Origin: Rhizaria sp. SCN 62-66
Lineage: Eukaryota
Reading direction: 5' to 3'
DNA length: 64,000 nt
Assembly (NCBI GenBank): GCA_001724265.1
Contig: MEDY01000033.1
Coordinates: forward strand, 124,001 to 188,000
Shown: one piece after another, positions 36,001 through 47,034 of the stretch
How positions within the stretch are numbered: the first letter of the stretch is position 1
How the letters are laid out: each line of letters starts with the position of its first letter
Made by a program: the position numbers and the translations under genes
The notes under the pieces: generated by a model
Database searches by the model: none
What the model was told of the DNA's origin: nothing
What the model saw: the letters and a program-made list of their open reading frames with translations, nothing else

Positions 36001-37785
36001 CGGTTGCAATGGCAGCGGCGGCGGGCGCTCGCGCAGTCGTGAAGGCCGTCCACAGCTCAACGAGGATCTTCGCGAACCCTTCAGTGTCCTCGTGGAAGAG
36101 GTTGTAGCGCTGCTGCTTGTAGAGCAGGCTCGTGCGCAGGCGGCGCAGCCGGCCCTCGGCGTCTGTCGTCGCCGCGGCCGCCGACGCAGCAAAGGCAGGC
36201 TCCAGCGCGCGCTGCCACGCGGGCGCCGCCGCCGTCGCAGCGGCCGCGGCGGGGCGGGCCGCGGAGGGGCTGTGGCTGGGGCTCGCAGCAGACGGCGCCT
36301 GCACTTGTTGCTGAGGCTGTGGGCCGGCGTGGGCGAGAGCGGGGAGCTTGGCGCCGAGGCCGAAGCCCGTGGCCGCAGTGACCGTGGGCAGAGGGCCAGC
36401 GCTCATGGTCACTGCGGTGCTCACGGTCGTCGCGTCCGCGGTGCCCGTGAGAGCGCCCCCGCTCAGGCTCGCGCCCGGACTGGCGCTGGGGACGGAACTG
36501 AGACTCGTACTCTGGGGCACGGCGCCCGCGCTAGCGGCGCTAGCGGTGACGGCGGCGAGCGCAGCGGGCGCGTTGAGGGCGGGGACCGACGGGAGCAGGT
36601 CTAAGGGCAGCGCGGATGTAAGCACCCAGCCGCTCCACGCCGTGATGTACACTGCGACGTGACTGCCAGTAGTGGCACCAGCAGTGGCACCAGCCACATC
36701 AGACGCTGAGAACGCAGACAGACGCGCGTTATTCGGCACACCGCTGGCACACTTACTCGCACGAGAGCTTGCGCTAGCAGCAGTCCCCGTGTTGTCGCTG
36801 CCGCTGGTCTCATCAGTGGCGTGCAGAAACGCGGGTGTGGCGGTGAAGAAGCTCGCGTGGAACTGCAGCGCCGCCGCGAGCGCGTGCAACACGCTCAGCG
36901 CCGCGGCCTTAGTCGCGGCCACCGCCGCCGCGGTCATCGGCGCCGGCGCCGCAACAGCGCTGCCTGATTCGGCGGCGGAGTCGTCGGTCATCGCCGCCGG
37001 CTTGGCCTCGCGCGGGGCGAAGCAGGCGTGAGGAAGCACTGCGGCTGGGAAAGCCAGAGTGGACGAGAGCGCCTCGGCCAGCGCGGCGCAGAGGAAGTGC
37101 GGCGCGACGGTCACCGCGGCCGTCACGACCGGCGCGGCACCAGCAGCAGCAGCGTCGGCATCGGCGGCCTCGGCGTTAGCGGTCGCGTCGTGACTCGTGC
37201 CATTGTTGCCGAGCGCTTTGGCGAGCGCGGACGCGAGGACGCGGCACTCGGCCTCGGCGCAGCGCTGGATATAAGCAACAAGCGCCACCACCGCCTCGAT
37301 GGTCGCAGAAGCTGATAGGGCAGGCGCTGCAGAGGCAGAGGCGGTGGGCGAGGCCGCGGCGGCCACGGGGGCCGTGAGCGCCGCGGTGAGCGCGAGCGTC
37401 AGGGCTTCGGAGACGCTGAGCATGAGCGCGATGCGCGCGCGGCGGAGCGGCGCGGGCGGCAGCGATGGGAGCAGGCGCGCAAAGTCTGCCGGGGAGGTCA
37501 GGGAGAGTAGACATGCGTCCGGGGTGGCGCCGCGCGGGCCGGCTGCGGCGGGAGCAGCGAGGTGCAGCAGCAGCGGTGTGAGGGATGCATGTGCATAGAT
37601 CGCACCAGCGGCGGTAGTAAAGCGCGCAAAACTACAGCAGGAACATTAAGAAGCATTAAACGTATACATGAGCAGGATGCTGCTGCAAGTGGGACATGAC
37701 TTTAAGAGGCGTGAGGGAAAGAGGTGTTGACTTACCAAGCGTCGAGTTTGTTTGCGAGACAAAGCTCAGATGTTGTTGTCGCCAT
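27089..37785 (-). CDS. THOC2: THO complex subunit 2 (Tho2/THOC2), expanded, ~3530 aa, 2 exons
   Basis: complement(join(27089..37631,37736..37785)); a 104-nt gtaagt...tgtag phase-2 intron extends the track ORF upstream to MATTTSELC. Diagnostic blocks: LRTSLLYKQQRYNLFHEDTEGFAKILVEL, GAFDVDPHRLCDVVL, KRLANDKMREIGRLLPKFLYTHP...FDNMIAPII, WLSNTA, LYGAFWSL, FFHRCLIPRALTSSADAVFAARFL, TQAEAARLGFFY. Confidence 0.9.
27956..28030 (-). repeat. Coding tandem repeat (18-21 bp units) encoding SSDRGH-type units in the THOC2 C-terminal tail
   Basis: Four units built on ccacggtc on the + strand; translation SSDRGHSSDRGHNAGDRGHSSDRGH. Confidence 0.8.
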
Positions 37786-38543
37786 TAGATCGCGGCAGCA
37801 GCACAGGGAAGAGCCGTGAGGGTTATACAAGTGTAAGGCCGATCAATATTCACGTTCTCAATATAGGTATATCAAGTGTGCGAGCGTTTGTAGATCAACG
37901 CGGTCTAGATAAGATGACCAGAACGGCTGTGTGTGGTGGCAGTAAGGAGCGAGTATAATCAGCAAGGGATTCAGCAAGGTTAACATAGGATCTCACATAA
38001 AAACTCGGGAATTGGGTAGAGTAACAACTTTTCTACGCATAGCACTCACTAGCAGTACTGAACAGAAATATTACCCGTCTGTGGGGCGATCGGGCGCGTT
38101 CGATGTGTAAAGATCCTTGGCACGGATGAAGTCGCGGAATTTTGATATGCCCAGCCACATAGATCCATCCATATCAACAGCGATTGAAAAATTAGAGACC
38201 TCCACACAATTAAAGTTTGGAGTGTTAATTATATATGCTATACCATCAATACATCCTTCCGATTTCATAAATCTTTTCAAGCCCCAAGTACCCCGCAAAG
38301 GTCGCGCCACACAGACGAGAGCCACCTCATACGCTGCCACGAACCACAAGTAGCACAAGTATGACTTGAAACCAAAGAATAAATCACATTATGTATTGAA
38401 AATTTAATTATTTAGTGCTCATATACCTATATCCATTAAGCATTATTTTACCATAAAAAAAGAATGCCCTCTGAATCCTTGCGCCAGAGCGTTTTTACTG
38501 TTACTCAATTGCAACGCACTGGCTCGCCGCTCAGTACGGCGCC

Positions 38544-41236
38544 TTAATGCCGGCCCGCGCCGCGCATGACGCGCGAGCACACAACAGTGATGTCGTCTGG
38601 GCGGCCACCGGACCACATGATCATGCTCTCCTTGGCGAGGATGGCGAAGGGCGAGTCGACTGTGCGCGACAGCGACATTTCGTACGCCTTGGCCGTGAGC
38701 GCGCGCGCCACGGCCTCGGGCGCGGCGTGGCTGCGGCCCGAGGTGAGCATGAAGGCCTCGCGCTCGCACTCGTCCGCGACGGCCATGATGTCGTTTTCGG
38801 AGAGGTTGTCGAAGAGCCCGTCGGTGGCGAGGATGACCAGGTCGCCCTCCTGCACCGCCACGCTGTGTGACGACGCGTCCGCGGGCGACTGGAAGCGTTG
38901 CGCAGACCGTGGGTCGACCTCGAGCCCACCCTCGCCCAGCACCACTGCCTCGCTCTCGCTCTCGCTCGCAGCGGTCGCCGAGAGTGCCGCGTTGTCGCTG
39001 CGGATGAGGCCCGTGCCCGTGCTGTCACCGCCGCCGCCACCGACGCTGGCGCACATGCCGCCCGTGTCGGCGCCCTCGCCGTTGTGCGCCCGCTTGGGCG
39101 CGAGGCCGAGCTGGAAGGGCGTGTCGAGCTCGGACAGCTGCGGCGCGGACCGGAACGCCACGCTGTAGCGCGGGATCAACGCCAACAGCGCATCATCACT
39201 CGCGCCCGCGCCATGCGACTGGCCGTGGGCGCCGCGCGTTGCGCCGGCGTTGCTGGCGTTGCTTGCCCGGACGGCAACGGACCAGGGGTCGGGCACCGAG
39301 GAACGGCCCGAGCCGCCGCTCGAGTCGAGCGACTCGGCCACGCCGCCGCGTGCACCGCCCACGCTAACGCCCGCGCCCGCGACCGCGCTCGCGCTCGCGT
39401 CCAGGACCCCGCCCTGCGCGGCGCCGGCTGCGCCCGCGGCGCCGGGAGCGCGCGGCGGCTGGCTGGCCGCGGTGGTGAACTGCTCCAGCGTGGGGACGGA
39501 GATGGACGGCGCCCAGCGCAGGTTCGCGAGGTTCTTGGCCCCGACAGAGGTCTGCGCGCGGATCGGCCCGTTGTTGCTGTTGTTATTGTTATTGCCGCCG
39601 GAGCTGTTGCCATTTGCAGAGTGGTCAGGCGCGCTGCCGGCGACCGCGGCGGACGCGCCGCTGTTGGCGTTGTTGTAGAAGTTGTTGCTGTAGTTGCTGT
39701 TGCCGTCGCCATAGGGCAGCGGCGCGCGCGCGGGCTTCTTGGCGGCGGCATGGGTCGCGGGGCGCAGCACCATAAGCCCCGAGTCGCCGATGTTGCGCAC
39801 CTGCAGTAGCGGCGTACCCGTGGACGGGTTGAGCACCACCACGCACAGCGTCGACGAGCCGAAGGTGCGCCGCTGCTCAGTCGTGTGCGCCCACGCCCGC
39901 TGCAGCAGCGACCGCGCCGACGGCAGCGGCGCAAGAGCGGCGTTCTCGCCGTCGCCATGCGCGCCCGCGGCGGCGGCGGCGGCGTTGGCGGGGGCGGGGG
40001 ACAGGTGCAGCGTGGTCTGGGTGGAGGCCTCGACGGCGTTGGCCGTGGCTTCGAAGATGCCCTCCATCTAAACAAATGGACAAAACAAATGACGCGAAAT
40101 AAAATACGTGAGATTTTGTGATTAAGTTTGATCAAAGGTTCATCAATTCAATAGACTCAGGTAAGGTACATATCGTGATAAAAGTCTTACGATGCTATGT
40201 TAAAGTCAGTCAGCGACGTACGAGAGCGTTTGAGAAGGCGCCGGCGTCGATGCCGTACTCGTAGCGCCACGACGACACGCCGTCGGCGATGGCAACAACC
40301 GAGTATGGCAGCTGCGGGTCGAAGCCGTTGTCGTGCGAAGGCACGGCTGCGCGGCAAAAGAACAAGAAAGAAAGAAATAATACATGACCGTTAGTCTTTG
40401 TATGCATCCAGACACGAGTTTGAGAGGGTGATGCGTTTTAAAAATGAGTGCAGCGTACCGGTATAGTAAAAGAACGCGTCTTCGCCGCCCGTCTCGCGCT
40501 TGCGCGGATGCGGGATAGAGAAAGCACCAGAGTCCAAGTACAGTGACTTGGCCGTGGACTCACGCGGCGCCCTAAATAACACAAATGACAAAAAAACCCA
40601 TTAACAAGCAAGAGAAACAGATTGCTGTTAGCATATCATTTAAAGCTAATTACCCCGTTTAGTGAAAATATTCCTCTGCTCACAAAGATGATGTACCTGT
40701 AGACGTGTGTGTTCTTGGGAATGCCGGTGCGCGGCAGGATGTCCCTGATGAACGTGGTCTTGACGTCGTTGTGCTCCTCGCTGCCGCCGCCGCTGCCGCT
40801 CTTGCCCACGACGCCCAGCCGCGCTGTCGCGGCCCCCGCGGCGCCGCCCGCCGCCGCGGCAGCGGGGCTGCTAGCGGGCGTGTTCGTGCCGAAGGCGTGC
40901 GTGCCGCCGATGAGCGCGAGCAGAGAGTGGAACGACGACGAGCCCAGCCTGTCCAGCACCGCCGTCAGCGCCTCCACCTTGGCGATTCTCCCGTTGTCGC
41001 TGTCAGCAGCGGTCGGAGTCGAGCCGCCCGCACTACCGTCCACGGAGGCCGCAGCTGCCGAGTGACTGTGACCAGGGCGACTGTGGGCGGAGACGTACGC
41101 CGTGGCCTCCGCAGCGGCGTCGTGCGCGAGTTTGGCGAGACTGAGCATGCCCTCGGTGGCCACGTCAGACAGGTGCAGCACGCCCACCATGCTCGACCGC
41201 GGCCGCCACCCGGGCTCCAGCGGCACGCTCCAGTCA

Positions 41237-41271
<35 letters not shown>

Positions 41272-42911
41272 AGACGCGGACGCCGTCGTCGCCGCCGCGG
41301 CGCCGCTGGAGCCCGCCGCCGCCGCCGCGCAACCCTGCACACCCGCGCTGCTGGCGCCGGCGGCCGCGTCGGCTGCGGCTGAGGCGGCAGCGGCGGAGAG
41401 ATCTGGCCCGACGGCGGTGCTGGTTCTGCCGGCGGTGAGCGTGGCCTCGTTCTCCTGCATCAGTTCGAACGGCACGCTCGGCGAGTCCCGCACCGCGTGC
41501 GCGTGCGCGGCGTGCGCCAGCGCGCGCTCGCCCGCGCCCATCTCGCTGCCGCCCGCGGCGTCGTCGCCGGCGTCGGGGGCAACACCAGCTGCGCCGTCGC
41601 CATGCTGCTGCTGCTGCTGTTGCTGCTGGCCGTCGCCGGAGCCGGTGACGGTGTCGGCGGCGGTGGCACCCGAGGCGGCGTGGGCGATGTTGGTTTCGAT
41701 GATGGGGAGGTGCTGGAAGCCGCCGCGCAGCATGAGCGCGAGACACAGGTCCAGCGGGTCGCGCGTATTAGCGAAGACGATCTTGCGCGCGGGCGTCATG
41801 ATGAACGACAGCGGCATCTGGTCCCACGCCTCGGTCGGGAACGGGCCCGTCATGCTCGCCAGCGACGCGTGTGACAGCGCAGAGAGCGTGCTGTCGGACA
41901 CGTCCGGCGCCGCGTGGTGCGCCGCCGCACCGCCGTTGGCAGGACTGTTGTGACCATAGCCGTGGCCCTGGTCCTGGCCGTGGCCGTGGCCATGCGCGGG
42001 ACTGCGAGGGTTGCTGTGGCCGCCGTGGCTTTGGTGCGCGGTGTGGTTGCGGTGGATGAGGTCCATGGCGATGATGATGTCGCGTTCGCACACCAGGCCG
42101 ACGACTGAAAAGCAGTGGAAAGCGAGCAAAGTGATGAGATTTGTGAGTGCGGAGGTATGGTAGCAAGAAAATGACAAGAACACATTTCGAGAGAAAAATA
42201 CACGCAGAGTAAAAGGACTTATATCAAACACAACTGATCCTCATCACGATTCTGTTTCGCCATACCGTTGCCGACATCATCGGTGACGACGAGACAGCCC
42301 GTCTTGTGTTCGTTCATCTTTGCCAGCGCGGCGGGCAGCAGCGTGTCCTGCTTGACCGTGACGGCGCGTCCGTCGAGCCCGCGCGAGAGCAGCACAGACC
42401 ACGCGTTCAGACCGGTCCCGGAAACGGGCCCACCAGTCGCAACACCCGCATTCGCTGCGCCCGCGGTCGCCGCAGTCGCCGTCGCCGTCGCAGGCGCTGC
42501 CGGGGCGGAGTCAGACTTGCCGGCGGTGGCTGCGGCAGCGGCGGGGGAGGAAAGAGCGCGGCGCGTCAGGGCAAGGACTGACTCCGCAGCCGCAGGAGAG
42601 GAGATGCGGTGAGTCGAGTTTACGTGATTCGAGTTCAAGGGACGAAAGGGCTTCGTGGCCAGTAGAAATCGGGCAGAAAGCGCGTTGTTGGAGATGGTGT
42701 AGCGCGCGCTGGTGTTCACGCAGCGCGGCGCGCCACTGAGGGGCAAGGAACTCGACTGACGAGTGGCAGCGAGAGGCTGCGATGTGGCGACAGGAGCAGA
42801 GGCTGTAGCACTAGCTCGAGCCGCGTGCGCAGTTGTCAGTGGTGTAAAGGCGAGGGACTTGTTCGCGGTCCGCAGAGTCGCCCGGGACGGGGCGATGACG
42901 TGCCTGAGCAT
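38544..42911 (-). CDS. PTC7: PTC7/PPTC7-type PP2C phosphatase fused to an N-terminal CBS-domain pair, with mitochondrial-type presequence; 5 exons, ~1271 aa
   Basis: complement(join(38544..40067,40222..40346,40459..40571,40697..42104,42266..42911)); all four introns are GT-AG and phases chain correctly (1,2,1,0). CBS motifs: TVKQDTLLPAALAKMNEHKTGCLVVTDDVGNVVGLVCERDI and IMTPARKIVFA...CLALMLRGGFQHLPII...VGVLHLSDV. PTC7 motifs: IPHPRKRETGGEDAFF, AIADGVSSW...GIDAGAFSNALM, GSSTLCV, NIGDSG, TPFQLG, GDLVILATDGLFDNL, SPFA, GGRPDDITVV. Confidence 0.88.
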
Positions 42912-43493
42912 CGTTGGCAAACAGGGAGGGGTGGGTCACTCCAACAAGAAGGCCGCGCCACAGGGAGGAGTGGGGGTCAGTCCAGTGCTGCGCTCAGGCC
43001 TAAGAAAGCTAGCGGCGCAAAACTAGAGCTCCGCGAGAGCCTCTTAAAAAGGAAGCCCTTTGCTAGAGCGATCGTCTCCAGTCAGAGACTACACTGCACG
43101 CGAGCGAAGGGATCACAGAACGCGAGTCACTGCAGTGCCTTCAGTACACAGTGATTTAAACTGATACCCAGCAAACCCAACAAAAACACAATAGAGTTAT
43201 ATGCAACAATGAACAGATTCGATTTTGTGAGTGTTGAGTTGTAGGTATAGACCGAAAGAGAGACGACATGAGATGACGAATCCCCGACCACGCGCGGAGA
43301 GAATCCAAGGGAAATAAACGCATAACAATATAGTACAGCGTAAAATCGCCAGTATAAAGCATGTTGTGCACACATCCAGCCAAATATGAGCATACGTTGT
43401 TAATGATTCTTGTTTTAGACCATATTATGTCGCGATATGAGTGACGTTGAGGATGAGAGGCGTGTGATGGTATTTCAAAGAGAGATTTCACTA

Positions 43494-43774
43494 TCAAGAC
43501 CGCTACGTTGAGACATTATTCTTTTGCAACCGAAAAGAAAACGCAATATATTATACGAAACCGAAGCAAGATATGCACGTGACGGTCAAATGAGTGTAGA
43601 CGGGGGATGCCCTAACTCCTTCAAAACGTAACCCTCCTAGCCGTCCGACCGAGCTGGGCTCGCTTGCGACGGTTGAGTGGTCGGGCTGGGACCGATGGGG
43701 AACTCTTGCTTCGGTCTTCGCGTATCATATTGAACGCTTCCACAACAATTGCATTTAGGTGTGTAAAGTCTTGA
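43494..43774. other. Intergenic fold-back element (structured ncRNA candidate or decayed MITE)
   Basis: Exact 12-bp inverted repeat ACCGAAGCAAGA 43560-43571 / TCTTGCTTCGGT 43704-43715, imperfectly extendable outward (TCAAGAC 43494-43500 / GTCTTGA 43768-43774). It encloses a GC-rich core with an internal hairpin. Confidence 0.5.
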
Positions 43775-44067
43775 GATATTGCGGGCTGAAAGAATTGTAT
43801 TCTTAAAACAGTTTTTTGCTTGGAATAAACGAGTGGTTAATACGGTACACAACATTTGAAACAGGTCAATAACAAATATAGACACAAGACAGCAATCACA
43901 CACAGCACAGAGAGTTCTTTTTTCTGTCAAACTTTAATGTTTCATTTTACCACCAACAACAAGAACAAAATTCAGCGGAGCTTCTCCCCTCTCTGCATCA
44001 TCATTCAGAACAGATTGCAGTTGACGCCACGACTATTGACGTGACGCTTGCCGCACCATCTGCAGAG

Positions 44068-47034
44068 TTAGTTCGAGGTGGCCTCCTTGGCCTGCTTCTG
44101 CATCAGCTCGGGCAGCTTGTTGAGCGCGAGCCCGCCGCGCTTGCAGGCCAGCGCAAGCACGTGCGCCATCTCAGTCGGCGTGACCTGGTACGAGCCCTGC
44201 GTGCCGGGCAGCACAGCGATGCCCGCGCGCTCGGCCTCCTCGTCGGCCATGACACCCTTGGCGGTGCGCAGTTCAGCCTCGAGCACGCGCACATGCGCCG
44301 CCACGACGTCATGGCCATGCTCCTCCAGCTTGTCGGCCGCGCCCGTGACGTCGGCGCCGACCAGTGTGACGAGCCCGGCGACGATGGTAAGCATGGCAGT
44401 CAGGTCGCTGACGGTGTGCACCGGTACGCCAGAGTACGACGGATCGCGCGCGATCTCAGGCACCGTCACGGCGCCCGTCACGGGGCACCGCGCGCACGTA
44501 AACGTGTGGTACAGCGTCATGATGCGGAACGGCGACGGGCGCGCGAGGCGCAGGACCTGACGGCGTTCGGGCTGATATGTGGCGAAACCGCTGCGCGCGC
44601 GGGTCTCGCTCGCGAGCTTGGCCTCGTCGATCTCCTCCTCAGCCTCGGTCGACGCGCTGCCCTCCACCGGGGCGCTGACCTCGGGCACCGCGGAGGCGGC
44701 CGCGACGTCAGGCACCACGCCCAGCGCAATCGCGGCGGCCGCGGCGGCGTCGGCGGCCTCCTTGGCCGCGATAGCCGCTAAGGAGAGGTCGTCGGCCTTC
44801 TTCTGAAGCTTGCTGCAGTCGCGGTTCGCGCCCTCCACGGACACGCCAGCACGGGCGCGGGCAGCGGCAATGCGCGCGACTGCGGCGGCCACGGCGGCGG
44901 TGCCCGCGGCGTCGGCGGCCTTCTCGGCGGCCTTCGCGGCACGCTCACCCTGTGACATGAAGAAAGAACAAAAGAGAGAATTGTCAAAAAAAGATGTGTG
45001 GATTAAAGCACAAGTACAATTGCGTGATTTGAGGCAAAATACTTTAAAATTTACAATGAAACCATTATTTAATCTAAACATATAGACCATATGTTGAATG
45101 TTCTTTGCTAAGTGAATTGGTTCGTACCTGCGTGGTGGGCGCCTCGACTGTGTAGAGGTCCTGGAAACCCGTGTAGGCTCGCCACGCGGCGCAGATGCGC
45201 TTCTTGAGCGCCATGAGCCCCGGGACTGTAGGCGGGAAACGTGGTAGGTCCGCGACGGCGACGGCGCCGACGGAGAATGTGATGCGGAGCATGCCGACCA
45301 TGCCCAGGACGACGTCGTCGGTTGTGATCGTGTCGGCCCACTCGGGGCTCAGCACATACCGCAGCTGGTCGCCCAGCAGTGGCACGTAAGACAGGTCCCA
45401 CTCGACGGGGTGCGCCTGCAGCGTGGCCTCCTCCTGCACGCGCGCCAACGCAGAGGGCAGGAATGGCACGCACTTGTCAACGACTCCGCCCGCCGCGCCC
45501 ACTCGCAGCGCCCATGCCGTGAGCGCCGAAAGGTGCGCGCGGGCCGTCGCGCGCGAGCGCAAGTTGCGCCGCAGCGCCGAGCGCAGCGCGATGGCCGAGG
45601 GCACGGCGGCGGCCGCGGCGGCGGCGAGCCAGAGTAGCGCCTGGCCGATCCACACTGCGCCGTCGCCGCCCGCGAAGGCCGTCACCACCGTCGCCAGCAG
45701 CGCCGTCTGCGTCGAGCCGGCCAGTGCCTGGGTGCAGAGACACAAAATATGCAGCAACAAGGGATAATAAGATATGAAATCAAAACCAAAATGGGGCGCA
45801 ATATGATATCGACTAGAAGCATATCGACTAGAAGCAGAAAATTGAAGAAGGGGACCACAAACGCAAGATGAGTCACCACAAACGCAAGATTAGTCCGTAC
45901 CTGGATGGCGGGGTGGAAGAGCGTGAAGTCGGAGAGCGCGCAGCCGTGGTCCTTGGGGCGCAGCGGAAACGGCGGCAGGCGTAGTCCGCGCGCGAGGGCC
46001 AGCGACAGCACGTTGAGGTACGCGCTCACGGTCACCGTCTCGCTCGCCTTGAGCCGCAGCTCAGACAGCAGCACGGCCGCGCCCGCACCGGCGCCGGCGC
46101 CAGCAGCGGGCGCCGCGGCGGGCGCGATGCGGCCCAGGCTGCTGCTGCGGGGGTCAGTCAGCGGCGACAGCGCGGGGGCGGGGACCGTGGTGGCGGCCGT
46201 CGCGGCGGCGGCGTCGGCGGCGGCCTCGACCACGAAGGCCCAGTGGTCCTGGGAGCGCGGGTACGCCTTGCGCACCAGCGCGGCCTCGCTCAGGATGCCC
46301 GGCGTCGGCAGGTCGAACGGGTGCGTGAGCGTGCACGCCTCTACCTCGGCCTGGTCTGCGGCGGCAGCGGCGGCGGCGGCGGCGGCGGCCGCGTTGTTGC
46401 CGCTGGCGCTGGCGCCGAGCTGCCCGACGGTAAGCGCGCCGCCCGCGGTAGCGCTGGCGCCCGGGCCAACGCCGTTGGGCGTGTAACAGCCGAGCGAGGG
46501 CGACTGGGCCAGTGCGGGGCGCGGGAAGCCGACGTTGACAACTCCTGCGGTGCCGTTGGCGGCGCTGCCCGCGTTGGGGCGGCGGTTGAACGTGGAGAAG
46601 ACTTCGGGATCGTCGGCGGGGTCAACAGTGCTGCCGGCAATCGCGGGAAGACTGCCACCCGCGCCTGTGGCCGCGGCGCCCGCGGAGGTGGCCGCCGCGG
46701 TCTGCGCGATGAGTCCGGCCTCGAGCGCGATCGCGGCCGTGGCAGTGAGCTCGAGACAAAGACTATGCGCGCCGCGGTGGTTGGTGCCCGTGATAGCCGA
46801 CAGCGCGGCCGGGGTCGCCAACGTCTTAAGCGCCGAGATGGCAAGCAGCGGCGCGAACGGGAGCGGGACGCCCGCGAGCGTGGCCGACTCGAGCTCCAGC
46901 GTCGCGGCCGTGGCCGCGGCCGCGGTCGAGGTGGCGAGGATGCGCGGGATGCCCTCGGGGATCGAGTCCAGCGTGCAGGGCGTCAGCGGGGTCGAGCAGA
47001 TGGCGTTGAAGAGCGCCGCGTCAGGGGGCAGCAT
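44068..47034 (-). CDS. Hypothetical Ala-rich protein, at least 3 exons (~871 aa); 5' end uncertain
   Basis: complement(join(44068..44949,45128..45727,45901..47034)); both introns are gtacg...cag, phase 0. GC-rich coding-style blocks are separated by AT-rich introns. The frame stays open 11 codons upstream of the ATG to a possible acceptor (cctag), so a further exon is possible. No family recognised. Confidence 0.75.
45806..45895. repeat. Two adjacent short tandem duplications inside an intron (15 bp x2; 21 bp x2)
   Basis: ATATCGACTAGAAGC x2 at 45806-45835; ACCACAAACGCAAGAT(G/T)AGTC x2 at 45854-45895. Confidence 0.9.

Noticed and set aside
38071-38358. 95-aa - strand ORF (and 78-aa + strand ORF) in an AT-rich spacer
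   Set aside because: Non-ATG start, codon use unlike real genes here, no motif; it may be a decayed insertion but that is unsupported.
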